A stretch of 64,000 bases of DNA, taken from NCBI GenBank assembly GCA_951406725.2, contig OX597822.1, positions 2,356,001-2,420,000 of the forward strand, read 5' to 3'. Positions 1 to 13,542 of this stretch are shown here, in pieces. Under the pieces are notes generated by a model. It searched no databases, was not told the origin of the DNA, and worked only from the letters and a program-made list of their open reading frames with translations. The DNA comes from Octopus vulgaris. Lineage: Eukaryota. Position 1 is the first letter of the stretch, and each line of letters begins with the position of its first letter. The translations under genes and the position numbers were made by a program.

Positions 1-606
1 TGCTTATTACCTAAACAATGGCGTCAGAGTTTCTTCATGAATAAGTTCGAGAGAAAGAACATTCTTCATTCTAAGTGTAGTGATGGTGTAGGAGATCCGG
101 CAATGTTCAAATCCGACCACATTTACTGGAGCAAGGTAGAAATATGATAATCCAACAAACAATGACAACTAACCAATTTATTAAAACCGTATATTTTACT
201 TTTAAATACAATACAACGGACGCGCAAGGAATTTTAGGTGGCCGTTGTCACATACAATATATATAGGGCATTTTGAGATCTTGTGGAGCTCATCCCACTC
301 TACGTCTGGACACAGCCAATTACTTCCAGAAAGAGAAAGAAGTAAACAGTTTCTAACCTTGTAAAGGAGTAATACTTTATTTATCGATTCTGTAAAGTTG
401 AAAGGCAAAGTTGAGCTCGGCTATTCTTGATTTCAGTGTGGCGAGACCCAGGGCGATTACTACAAGTGCTGTGAGATTTTTTCCGGCATTCTGCCCTCTA
501 AGTTCAAATACTGAAATGCATATAAAAATATACAATACTTTAACAAGTTGACAAATTCACTGCCTTGTTTAGATATATAACATATTGTAATACGCTATAC
601 AGCGCT

Positions 607-776
607 AAGGGCAGCGAGAGAGGTATTTCGTCAGTCTTCAAAATCTGAGTTCAAATTCCATCGAGATCGAATATGTTTTTCATTCCTTTCGAGATCGATA
701 AAATAAGAGCACTGGGATCAATGTAATCGATTTAATCCTTCCCTCTTGGTGGCCTTGTGCCGAAATATGAAATCAA
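607..776 (+). mobile_element. SINE family M (tRNA-derived, GACTTTGCCTTTCATCCTTTCGGGGTCGATAAA central domain), diverged copy
   Basis: Box B-like GAGTTCAAATTCC plus central-domain similarity to the copy at 20540-20765. Confidence 0.75.
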
Positions 777-978
777 TACGTAATACTACCTACCCACAAA
801 TGGTGTAAACTCTAACCGTTTAGCTATTTTCCTTAACTACTTAAATATACTTTCTCATACGGGATTAATTAATTTCTACTATACTGTAACAAACTTGTGG
901 CCAAAAAAATGTAATAACACTGGTTTTTGAAAGGTTTCACACAAAATTTTAAACCTATAGTTATTAACACTCTCAGCA

Positions 979-1393
979 TTACTCTTTTACTCTTTTACTT
1001 GTTTCAGTCATTTCACTGTGGCTATGCTGGAGCACCGCCTTTAGTCGAGCAAATCGACCCCAGGACTTATTCTTTGTAAGCCTTGTACTTATTCTATAGG
1101 TCACTTTTGCCGAAACGCTAAGTTACGGGGACGTAAACACACCAGCATCGGTTGTCAAGCGATGTTGGGGGGACAAACACAAACACATAAACACACACGC
1201 ACACTTACTTTTATATATATATATATATACATATATACGACGGGCTTCTTTCAGTTTCCGTCTACCAAATCCACTCACAAGGCTTTGGTTGGCCCGAGGC
1301 TATAGTAGAAGACACTTGCCCAAGGTGCCACGCAGTGGGATTGAACTCGGAACCGTGTGGTTCTTAAGCAAGCTACTTACCACACAGCCACTG
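979..1393 (-). mobile_element. SINE family A (tRNA head, CORE-like CCTTGGGCAAG, internal microsatellite), near full length
   Basis: Minus strand reads TGGCTGTGTGGTAAG...GAGTTCAATCCC...CCTTGGGCAAGTGTCTT, with a (GTAAAAGA)n tail; homologous to 3984-4380 and 21264-21870. Confidence 0.9.
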
Positions 1394-1932
1394 GTTCCTC
1401 CACAGAGTATGATTTTTTACAAACAACGTGCAGATGCAAATGCTACCAGTTGAAAGCTCCGCATACCAGATCTAGATCTAGCAAGTTTATGGGATCGCCA
1501 GGAGAGGATGCACGCCGTTTTGGGGCCTTCCTCTCGACGGCATCATTGCGCACCGCCTTTCCCATTCACTGAAATAAGGCCCCGTTTTTTCTTCTCCGGT
1601 TATTTTAGCTTGTTGATGCCCACCAAATCCAAAGTTAATAACCCTGGATTTTAGTTCTGCGAATTTTTTTTTTTCAAAAATAATCGGACAATAATATGTG
1701 ATGTAATGGCACTATCGTCTCAGAATTTTCCTCCTGGTGTCAGAGCGTGAACCTTCTTTCCTGGTTGGTTCTCGGTAGGTGTTAATATCCACCGTGAGAA
1801 CTCTACTCTCGATAAATAAGATTTGAGAAACATACGAGATAGCATGTTATGAGAAATCATCTCGGAGTCTAAAGGGACATCATATAATCAAATATATACG
1901 TACATATAAACTATATACAATGTGTGTGAGAG

Positions 1933-1983
<51 letters not shown>

Positions 1984-1989
1984 ATATAT

Positions 1990-2262
1990 AGGGCAGCGGA
2001 CTCGCGGTCGTAGGATCGCAGTTTCGATTCTCAGACCGGGCGTTGTGAGTGTTTATTGAGCTAAAACACCTAAAACCTCCACGAGGCTCCGGCAGGGGGT
2101 GGTGGCGATCCCTGCTGTATTCTTCCGCCACAACTTTCTCTCACTCTTTCTTCTGTTGGCCTGCTCGCTTAGCCAGCTGGGTAGCGTCCTTTGAAGGCTA
2201 AAACAATGCGAAGCGCATAGTGACCAGCGATGAGTAGCAACATCTGATAGCCTGGGCGGTCA
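1990..2262 (+). mobile_element. SINE family R (tRNA-Arg-like head, OR-type), 5'-truncated
   Basis: GCAGCGGACTCGCGGTC...GTTTCGATTC; near-identical to 52021-52325. Confidence 0.85.
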
Positions 2263-2331
2263 TGATATATATGTACATACTTACATATATATATATGTAT
2301 GTGTGTATATATATATATATATATATGTATG

Positions 2332-2450
<119 letters not shown>

Positions 2451-2860
2451 TTATATATATATATATTTACATATATGTGTGTGTGTGCACGACCACGCGT
2501 ATACACACAACCACACACACATACACACACACACATTCTCTTATGTTGACAGGCAAATTCACTATTAATTGCTCTCTATTCTCAATCTAGGCGTCACACC
2601 AGCTTTAGAGACCTCGTTGTTAATCTTGAACTTGCTTTGAAATAAATTTTTTAACACACTGCCTGTCTGTTTGTCTGTCCGTCTTTTTCCTTCACACACT
2701 CAAACGAGGACACACACATAAATACACACACACAAGCACAGATACACACTCGCATATGAGCGTGTGTATGTATGTGTATTTGTGTGTGTGTTGTATTGAT
2801 ACCTCTTACATTTTATGATATATTTACCATTCACGCTGTAAAATCTCCTTAAATAGATCC

Positions 2861-3595
<735 letters not shown>

Positions 3596-3983
3596 TTCTT
3601 GGAAGTGACACCCTTTATAGATATTTTGTTATCTGGAAATATTTTTAAAAGGATTAAGATGTGAGAACACTTTGATATATATATAGCAATATGATATTAC
3701 CGCAAACATAAATATCGGTTAATTATATGTATTAAAATAGGAATATATTCTTAGTAAAATATTATAAATCAATATCTTCGTAATTGATGTAAATTAATTA
3801 AAGAAAAATTTAGTTAACGTATTGTAAATATGTTATACATTTCATAAGTGATAAACAAATTTCAAACTCGCTTATATTTCTTTACGTAAACACATTTGCA
3901 TATGCTTATACATATACACATGTACACACACGCGTACACATATACATATAGATATATATACATACACATACACACACTCATAT

Positions 3984-4128
3984 ATATGGCTGTGTGGTAA
4001 GAATCTTGCTTCCCAGCTACAGTATTCTGGGTTCAGTCCCACTGCGTAGCACCTAGTGTCTTCTACTATAGTCTCGGGTCGAACAAAGCCTTGTGAGAGG
4101 ATTTGGTAGACGGAAATTGAAAGAAGCC

Positions 4129-4185
<57 letters not shown>

Positions 4186-4380
4186 TTTGAGTGTCTTTGA
4201 GGTTGTGTTTTTCCGCCACCATCGCTTGACAACCGATGATGGTGCGAACATAGTAGTTCGGCAATAGAAACCGATATAATAAATATGCTTACAAAGAATA
4301 AGATTTCTTCGACTGGGAACTTTTGAAGTGGTGCTCCAGCATAACCGCTGTCAAATGACTGAAACTTGTGAAATAATAAA
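3984..4380 (+). mobile_element. SINE family A
   Basis: TGGCTGTGTGGTAAG...GGTTCAGTCCCACTGCG head, internal (TA)n, GGTGCTCCAGCAT...AAATGACTGAAAC tail. Confidence 0.88.
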
Positions 4381-4394
4381 AAAAATATGCATGT

Positions 4395-4622
4395 GGGAAG
4401 GCACATGGTTCAGTGTTTAGAGCGTCGGGCTCACAATCATGAGGTACTGAGTTCGATTCCCCGGACCGGGCTGCGTGTTTTGTTCTTGAGCAAGACACTG
4501 TTTCCCGTTACGCCAATTCACTAAGCTGTAGAAGAAAAGAGTTGCAATGCCACTGATACCAAGCTTTATCGGCCTTTGCCTTTCTCTTGGATTACATCAG
4601 TGGCATGGAGAGGGGTGGCTGT
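4395..4622 (+). mobile_element. SINE family B (tRNA head + CORE-like TGTTCTTGAGCAAGACACT), 3'-truncated
   Basis: Box A TGGTTCAGTGTT, box B GAGTTCGATTCC; homologous to 34430-34770 and 49924-50235. Confidence 0.85.
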
Positions 4623-4624
4623 TA

Positions 4625-5053
4625 TTTGACTGACCAATTCTTATACTTTTGGCGAAATGCCGAATGATCAACAGTATTTTTTAAGGTTAACCTTGGTTTC
4701 CTTGAAGGATTATAGGACAGAAGGCTGGCTTAAAATAATCTCCTACGAATTGTCCTTTGGCTAGGAACCTTGTCTTCATGTGGTAGACCAGTATAAATAG
4801 TTTTAGAAGATTTTCTGGGTGACTTTTTGGTGGCTAGAACAATAGCATCGTCTATTCGCTTGCTAGTGGTTTTTGGACGATTCGTAGACTTGTCGAATCC
4901 ATATTTTCCAGTAGGTTTCGAGTTATTTATTGACCTTGAATCAGTTCTCTGAGCCAATTTCAATCTTTCACCAATTTGTCGAGTGCTGTATCCTTCTTCG
5001 TACAGAATTTTTATTTGAGCATGAGGTTCCGACGAAATTTTTTGACCCGGCAT
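4625..5053 (-). pseudogene. Tc1-like transposase N-terminal (paired HTH) fragment, interrupted by a stop codon
   Basis: MPGQKISSE...EGYSTRQIGERLKL...RPKTTSKRIDDAIV...SQRTIRRRLF* continues as SRKPRLT...YKNW, the typical Tc1 HTH layout. Confidence 0.8.
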
Positions 5054-5464
5054 TCTTTACAACGATAAGAAAATTATTAACAAGAACAAGTTGTGATAAG
5101 ATATTCTAGTTACAACTTATCAGAGGTTAGACCAGTCAATCAAAGTACACCAACCAATCAGGACCCAGTAATCACGCAGAAAATCCATTAACACTGAGTG
5201 ATAGGAAAACGGATTTGAACAATCGACTTAGCCTTAGCCGTAAAGGTCACCTTTAAAATGCCACCTCCGAAAACCTCTCTCGCCAACCTCTAACAATCTC
5301 TCCCACTTCCAGCTGACAGTTTTTTTAACATTTCCGCGACGGAAAATACACCTTTGGTGTATAATTGCTTTCTTATATCAGAGTAATAAGGCGTTTCAAT
5401 AGACCATCTTTACCCCCCGGGAATTACCGAGTACACCAGTTGGCACACACACACACACACACAC

Positions 5465-5539
<75 letters not shown>

Positions 5540-5953
5540 TATATGGGCACAGGACGTCACAAACAGTAACCAACATGAAATACGAAGACAAATGAATTGA
5601 ATATGCAAACAATGAGAGAAACAAATGGAGAACAGGATAAGTAACATAAAGAACGACCTTTCATCAGTTGTCGCCTGCCTATCTACTCATCATTTCGAGC
5701 ATTCAACGACAATATGAGTCTACGAAGGCAGCTGCTCCCACAAATACCAAAATAAAATTGGAGGGAACAAAAACAGGACAGCGGTGACATTCATGGAAAC
5801 CGAACGAAAACATACATGGAGGGTCGTTGGACTAGAACGAGGGTAAAATAGCGAACGCTGGAGAAATATTTTCTTTGGCAAGAGAAAAGAGAGAAGAGAG
5901 AGATAAATAGGATACGTCCAGCCTCTCTCTCTCTCTCTCTGTATGTATATATG

Positions 5954-5994
<41 letters not shown>

Positions 5995-5996
<2 letters not shown>

Positions 5997-6162
5997 GTCA
6001 GGTTTATTTTCAGTTTTCTTCTACCAAATCTACTCATAGGGATTTGGGCAGCCTGAGGCAATTGTAGAAGATACACTTGCCCAAGGTACCACGCAGTGGG
6101 ACTGAACCCGGAACCATGTTGCTGGGATGCAAGCTTCTTACGACACAGCCACTCCTGCGCCT
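5995..6162 (-). mobile_element. SINE family A, 5' half
   Basis: GGCGCAGGAGTGGCTGTGT...GGTTCAGTCCCACTGCGTGGTACCTTGGGCAAG on the minus strand. Confidence 0.85.
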
Positions 6163-6412
6163 CGAGGTAGGTTAATAGCATTTGCCAATCTATAAGTTAT
6201 TGGATTGTTGTGCTGATGATGGGAATGAGTTCTTTATAATTCTAATCCAGAAACGCGTTCACAACTAACCGAAGACTGTTTGATTTCGTTATTTTCCTTC
6301 TTTTGCCTATGTGAGTTACAAGTAAAATGTTACATGTGGAGCTATATCTGTAGTAAATAAGAAGATGCGGTCCTTTCGGTATGTGGTTAAGCAACTTGTT
6401 GCTTAACCCTAA

Positions 6413-6466
<54 letters not shown>

Positions 6467-6829
6467 TCCATGGGCGCATGTAAGTATTTTATTTATTTCT
6501 TTTCGTATTTTCTACTGAAGAGGAAAAAATATATTATGAGATTAATTCCGAAATTGATTCAATATAGAAATAACGAATTTAAAAAAATCTTTTGGCCAGC
6601 TTTCCTCGATTTCAGCTCTACGTGTTTTCTGTACCGAGTAAATAATATGTGGAAATTGACGATTTAAAAGTCTGTTATCACCATATTCGCATAGTAATAA
6701 TTTTCTTTTTCCCTTGTTTATAAGTTGTTTATAATTTTAACCTTAAAGGTATTTTAATATGCTGCCACATTTTCTGATGAATTTTTTTTCTGTAAAAAGA
6801 CTTCATCCTATATTAGTAGTATATATATG

Positions 6830-7518
6830 TGTATATAACCAGCTAGAAACGATGTTTCTAGAGGCTAAATAACTAACCTTCTGTTTCCTGGGACTGCCCT
6901 GCCACCTTATGTTGTCAAGAAGCCATCACTTTATCATGCTGTTACTGCATATCTTTGAAATCTTTGAAGGATTTAAAACTGTAATATTTCTATCTTTGTA
7001 GATCAACGAATGTTTTTCATTTTGAATCCTATAAGTCTTCGACCGCGGATTACCAATGACATCTAGCAAAGCTGAGCTACTCCACGCTGATAAAGGCAAT
7101 AACCCTGAAACTAGTCCGCGGATGCTAGTTTGTGTCGTATAACCAGCTAGAAACCATGTTTCTTTGGGCTAAATAGCAGTATCGTTCCTCTCTTTCCTGG
7201 GACTGCTTCATTATGTTGGCAACAAGCCTACACTTTATCTCTCTTTGAGATATTTAGAAATGTAATATTTCTAGTTTTGTAGATCAGTGAGTGTTTTTCA
7301 CTTCGAATTCTATAAGCGGATTAGCAACGACATCTAGCAAAGCCAAGCTACTCCAATCTGATAAAGGGCAATGACCCTGAAACTAATCCGTAGATGCTAG
7401 GTTTTGCAGGGTGGATGTAAGATTCCGCCCTTTCATGGTGCTGCCACTTTATGTTGGCAACAAACCATCACTTTATCGTTCTGATACTGCGTTTCTCTCT
7501 TTGAGAGATTTAGAATTG

Positions 7519-7520
<2 letters not shown>
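6830..7520 (+). repeat. Diverged tandem repeat (~270-305 bp unit, about 2.3 copies), each full unit carrying an HHR-like motif; retrozyme-like
   Basis: TATAACCAGCTAGAAAC at ~6834 and ~7138; GACATCTAGCAAAGC..AGCTACTCCA..CTGATAA at ~7058 and ~7329; partial third unit ~7440-7520. Confidence 0.85.
7063..7128 (+). ncRNA. Minimal type I hammerhead-like motif with a variant core (CUGAUAA)
   Basis: CTAGCA..TCCACG-CTGATAA-AGG..CCT-GAAAC-TA-GTC-CGCGGA-TGCTAG: extended stem I, palindromic ACUAGU stem III, GUC triplet. Confidence 0.65.
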
Positions 7521-7609
<89 letters not shown>

Positions 7610-8299
7610 TGCTCGCATGGCTTTTGCATTTGTTGTGCAAGATTCTTCATTACGAATGGATTGAAGCAAGTCTTTCATCGTCAGCTCATCATTGGCGAGA
7701 TCGTAAATAACGTCGAAAGAAATCTGACAAACCAAATGACAGATTGAATTATCAATATATTCTTGACTAGTTAATTGGTTAATTGGATAATTTATTAATA
7801 ATATTCACAACAACAAAAATACACGTTTTGTCTTGGTGTAAAAGATGATCTACATCAAACATTCTGCTCAATACCACAGATTTTCTTGTCAGTTGCTTGA
7901 CCTTAACTATCTGAGCCTTCCCCTCAGTGGCTGATAATATGTGCGCCTCTGACCACGAGCAAGAGTAGAGGGGGAACGTTGTAGCCGTGAGCTGAAAGGA
8001 ATTCTTCGGTGTTTGAACAATGGGTGTTTCGTTCATCATCCTTTAACAAATTTATTCCGGGTCTCTTTTGTAGGAGATTGGCAACATGACCCGAAAAAAG
8101 TTTTGAGTGGTCCCGACCTGCAAAGTCACGTGCTGTTTGACTTGATATGAGATCACCATAAGGTAACACATATGGCTGTGATACATGTGTCTGGTGTACC
8201 TTTATCGGACAAGTAGTCAAAATGTGTATACTGGTCTTCACGTGATGGATCGTGTGGGTCTCTGAAACAAAAACAACAGCAGCAGCAACAACAACAACA

Positions 8300-8505
8300 A
8301 TAAAGGCACAATGCTTGCAATTTTGGGGGAGGGGACCAGTCGATTACATCGACCCCAGTGTTTCAATGGTGCTTAATTTACTGACCCCAAGTGGACCTCG
8401 ACAGCCAATTGGACCTCGACGTTATTTGAACTTATAACGTAACGACAGGCGAAATACCGCTAAGCATTGAGCCCGTACTAAAGATTCTACCAGCTCAACT
8501 CCTTG
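8300..8505 (-). mobile_element. SINE family M, diverged
   Basis: GTCGATTACATCGACCCCAGT and CGAAATACCGCTAAGCATT are reverse complements of family M segments. Confidence 0.75.
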
Positions 8506-8528
8506 ATAAAAATAATAATAATAATAAT

Positions 8529-8574
<46 letters not shown>

Positions 8575-8802
8575 TTAATAATAATAATAATAATAATAAT
8601 CAGAGAAGACAATATTAGGACCCCTCGTCCTTATAGTAATAATATAATTATAGTAATATCTGTGGAACTATAGTAGTGAACAAGTAAATAATAAGATAGG
8701 GATTATGGTAGTAATACGGAAATTAGTGAAGAACAATTATCCAGAATGATAAGTGGCGTTGTGAAACCGTCGAGTCATCGGCGATTAAACTACAACAGGA
8801 CC

Positions 8803-8857
<55 letters not shown>

Positions 8858-10007
8858 CATATATACATGCACACTTGTATATACAAATAAAGAGCGGAAG
8901 AAAGAGATGGGGTCTCAATAACAACTCTCGTGGGAACCCCACGAACGACACACGAAAGAATTAACGGCGAGAAGGAAACTCCATTCTCGCGGGGATTGTA
9001 CCTTTCCGAATACACTCATTAAATTGAACTGCTAGTCTTTCATGCACCGCGTGGCATCTCTTCAGACAAAAGCCATAAATCCCATCCGATCCGGGGTGTT
9101 TCTAGCTAGGCTTGTTCTTTAGCCGATCATGGTGAAGGTTTCCCGCCCAGCACGTCCGAAACCACCCGCCTCAGGGGCAGTGATCTGCCCACGGACTGTC
9201 GTTATGTTACAATGTCTATATCCAACTTAACGTGTCTATATTGTTAATATGCTTAACGATGTGGTATTCCTCTTAAGAGGATCTCTTAAATGGAAATATG
9301 ATGTATAAAAAAATGAATATATTCTTATATCGTCTGATACAGGCGCCAGAAGTTCTCTAACGCGTGATTTCGACGTACACCGTTTCTTCAATGACAGGTG
9401 TCCGCCACTCGTATAGAGAAACGGAGTTCATCCAAATCACACGGTTTGTAGTTTCGGCACCTTAATCTCGTTTGGCAACGATATAAATTATGTGTGCTTT
9501 TACGCACAAGATATACGTGTGTGTGGAAAGAGACATCAATTCCTGCTAGATGGTTTTGGTATCCATCAAGAGAGCTTCTTTTTATAATATTTTTATTAAT
9601 AGTAATGATGATGGATGAAGAGGAATCATTTATACTGTTACCATTATTTCTGAATGTAGTTCCAAATTTACTAACGTGACTATTTTCTTTCGTCTTTCTT
9701 GCCTCCAAAACAAACAATGAAATTTAAAAGAACCCCTTCTCTCACTATCTCTCTCTCTCTTTCTCTCTCTCTCTCTATCTATCTATCTTTTTTCTTCCTC
9801 TTTGCTAAAAATGTTACAAAACAGAAGAAGGAAACGTTCTGTTTTATCGTTATTATTTTGATTTCAATTCTTATCTTCAAATTTTCGTTTACGCGAACGA
9901 AAGCGCTAATAGAGAATTATCCAAATTCCGACTGCTTCTCGATATACAATATTGTACAGCACCACTTCAAACAACCTATACATACATATCATATATACAT
10001 ACATACA

Positions 10008-10038
<31 letters not shown>

Positions 10039-10337
10039 CATACATACATACATACATACATACATACATACATACATACATACATACATACATCATACAT
10101 AAATATAAGCAATTCAACAAAACAACATATTAATGTAAGAACAAATGGATCGTATATCACGTCTCTATTTTAAATTATTCCATAGAAAAAGATATATTGG
10201 TTAGCCATTCAGTTAAAATATGCATGCCTTCTCATCTATCCCTCAAACTTACATGACCGCCTTTGTCGAAGGTGGTCATTTATTTGCGTCTGTGACCCTA
10301 GGGTTGAACAAGGTTTTCGTATGAATAATGATAGTTG

Positions 10338-10373
<36 letters not shown>

Positions 10374-10559
10374 TATATATATATAAAACACCAAGTAAGT
10401 TAGGGGTTGTGGATCCAACCCGCTAAGGGATAATACTTATCCAATATACTGTTGGTATAATACCCAAATTATTAATACACAAGTGCTTTTAATCGCTATG
10501 CAATTAACTTACTTATTGTATTAAATGGGTCAAGGTAAAGAAATATTTTACGATTAATT

Positions 10560-10734
10560 TATAATACAAATGAGAAAATAAAGAAACAATTTAGTTGGTT
10601 TATCAGCTTTAGGATATTAGAATATTCACTTATTTATTTAACAAAACGGGAACCATAAATAAATAAGTAAATATTCTAATATCCTAAAGCTGATAAACCA
10701 ACTAAATTGTCTCTCCATTTTCTTATTTGTATTA

Positions 10735-10735
<1 letters not shown>
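10560..10735. repeat. Fold-back inverted repeat (~80-bp arms, ~15-bp loop) in a (TA)n-flanked element
   Basis: 10560-10640 is the reverse complement of 10656-10735 with about 5 mismatches. Confidence 0.92.
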
Positions 10736-10780
<45 letters not shown>

Positions 10781-10794
10781 GTTTAACATAAATG

Positions 10795-11255
10795 TGAAAA
10801 CAAGGTGGAAAAATAAAAGAAAAGAATTCTAAAATAATTTTTTCCTCAAATACCTATAGGTAGAGTAATATGCTTTCATTACTACCAAAATTATACTAAT
10901 CATACCTAAATGCAGTTTTTCAAAGCAAGACATTTAACAAAATGAATTTAGTTGAATGTGAAATCACGGTGATACAGAACTTTCATTTTTAAATGTCTTG
11001 CTTCCATTTAGGTATGATTAGTCGGTAGTAGTTTTGTTAAAAAAACATTTTTTATATATAATTCCGAGTAAAAACAAAACAAGGTGGAAAAAGTGTACTC
11101 AAATACCAGAGGTAGAGTAATATGCTTTATTTAAAGCAGCAGAAATTTAACAAACTCGAAGTTTCACATTCCCGTTCGTCGGACAGTTTTGTTAAACATA
11201 AACTCGAGTAACAGCTTTTATAAAAATTTCTGCTGCTTTTAAATAAAGTATATAT
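10795..11255. mobile_element. Two adjacent fold-back elements sharing a leader (ACAAGGTGGAAAA...GGTAGAGTAATATGCTTT); HHR-like remnant in the second
   Basis: Leader at ~10800-10878 and ~11079-11128; inverted arms ~10897-10945/10981-11022 and 11119-11165/11200-11253. Confidence 0.7.
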
Positions 11256-12879
11256 ATATGCAGTCTCCCCTCTTCACACCATCGATGTTTATCGAAAGCA
11301 AAGTTTACTATCTTGAGCCAATATAGATTGACACTCATGACGTCATACACAAACGTTTCCGTCAGAACGCAAAGAGCCGCACTGGAAACTACAAAGCATC
11401 TTGCTTGATCCATTCCTAGATTCGCGAATCTGTCTTCTTGGATTGGTACTGATTTAACGATTCTAAAAGAATGAAAAGCAAAGTTGAGATAGGCGAGATG
11501 TGACCTGAGAAATCAGAGATTGTTGACCATCACCAGGAGGTTTTCCATCGAAGGCTCAGATGACTCAGCTAGTTCGGTGCACTTATTCCGCTTATGAGTC
11601 AATGAATCTCTAAAGAACCGTCTTCACCATTTCCAACTCGGAAATCTCTCTGAACAGTAGTATTCTAATGATACCCCATTTGTTACATCATATCATTTTT
11701 TAAATAGATTTTCGCTTTAGGCCCTCAAAACCATCTATTATTCAATCCCAACCAACATCAATTCTCACATATCGGAATTTTGTAGCTTGTCGTTTTATGA
11801 GAGGGGAATGCCTTTCCGATTCTCTATTAAAAATAAGTTCTATGGGAGTTCATATCGATTCACCAATCAATATTGCATTTTATTTCAGCACTATCAGAAT
11901 AAAGGAATCGGCCATTGAACGGACTGAGTCGTCGTTGTAGCTTTGATTCCGAGCTGAAGCCATTCACTACATTTACTCTGCTACCAAAATCATTGTTTTG
12001 AGTGGGCGATGTGAATTCTCTTCACGTAGATCGTGAGAACAAATAACCCGATGGGTTTTTGATGAGAAAACTTCATTATACATTATTTTATTTGTCTTAT
12101 CTCTTTTATGAAAGTCGCCAGATAAACTGCCGTAGGCTGGCGCCTAATCTATAAGTACATTTGTTTTTTATCTATTACATGTCATGAAGCCGGAAAAAAG
12201 TACCATCCTTTAATATTGCTCCCACGCTCCACTACAAATCTGACAAATATTTATTTTAGATTATTACGCAAGAGCTAATTTACCAATATCTGCATTGTAA
12301 ATGGCTACTTAATAGCAGAGTTATTTGATCACGATATTGATTAAATAATTTCAAGAATCTAACGAAAAAACTGACAATATTTCTTCATATCAATTAATGA
12401 CAACATCGTAACAATGGCGTAACATTATTGGTCTTTAGCAACTAGGTTGTTTAGGGTTTCAGGGCGTTCCAACTCTGGCTATTCCTTCTTTGTTGCTACA
12501 TAATGAAGCTCAAAACAAAATTCATTTCGGTAGCATCTTTTCTCACCAAGACTATACAGCGCGATTTCAAGGGTATTTGGTCGCTATTTCGAGAATGTCG
12601 GGTAATTACATTGGAAATACCTTGCTTATGGTGACGTCTGCGGTGGATTGAAAGGTAATGGGTTTGGTGTAACTTGAATGAGATTTGCCTGCAAATTCTT
12701 GGACGTCTTTCACTAACTGGTGATTCTAATCAATGGGGCTGATACAACAGTCGTACCACAAGTGTTTGGAACGACAACTGACCATGAAAAAATTAAACAG
12801 GTAATATGCAAAGTCGAAATTCTAAGCTTATTGTACATCTAGTACATATTTACACCTGTTATGAATTACATCTGAAAGA

Positions 12880-13110
12880 AGGAGAGGCTGGCATGGCTGC
12901 CACCAGACTTTCGATGCCGATAGCAGTGATGTCGTTAGGGCTCCTCTTAAACTGCCAGTGAAAAATTATGGGACAGATTTGAGCAGGGAATGTATCCAAG
13001 AGTGTCACCGTTGCGGAGAGACGAGAACTGTGTTGTGGTTATGATCCGAGCAGAATCGAGAGTGGGGTGGGGTGGATATAACGTAGATGATGGCAGTCAA
13101 GGAGACGAAA
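12880..13110 (+). pseudogene. Possible highly decayed Tx1/L1-like ORF2 C-terminal zinc-finger remnant
   Basis: KLPVKNYG...ECHRCGETRTV resembles ALPVRDKL...TCPRCGQSDETA of the element at 56226-58495. Confidence 0.3.
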
Positions 13111-13311
13111 GAATTGAGTGTCTGGATGAACGGGACACGTTACCACAATGCAATGACAGATCTTAGAGAATAATGTAATTATAGTAAACAAAACAGCAAA
13201 AACAAAGACAGGACATAGCACATCTGTTTGACGGCGGTTGTGGTCCGTCTTTGACTTACTTCATCACAATGAATCGATAAGTCTTTCTCTGGATATAGTT
13301 TAGCATTCTTA

Positions 13312-13542
13312 TTTCTTTATTGCCCACAAGGGGCTAAACACAGAGAGGACAAACAAGGACAAACAAAAGGATTAAGTCGATTATATCGACCCCAGTGCGT
13401 AACTGGTACTTTTTTAATCGACCCCCGAAAGAATGAACGGCAAAGTCGACCTCGGTGGAATTTGAACTCAAAACGTAGCGGCAGACGAAGTACCGCAAAG
13501 CATTTCGCCCGGCATACTAACGTTTCTGCCAACTCACCGACT
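13312..13542 (-). mobile_element. SINE family M, near full length
   Basis: Reverse complement of 20540-20765, including the TGTTTAGCCCCTTGTGGGCAATAAAGAAAT tail. Confidence 0.9.

Noticed and set aside
10-127. Possible minus-strand exon (NVVGFEHCRISYTITTLRMKNVLSLELIHEETLTPLF) with AG/GT borders
   Set aside because: Short, no recognisable protein, at the window edge; compatible with chance
7924-8241. 105-aa non-repetitive ORF with HILTTCP
   Set aside because: No upstream cysteines for a CCHC knuckle and no other homology recognised; probably repeat-derived
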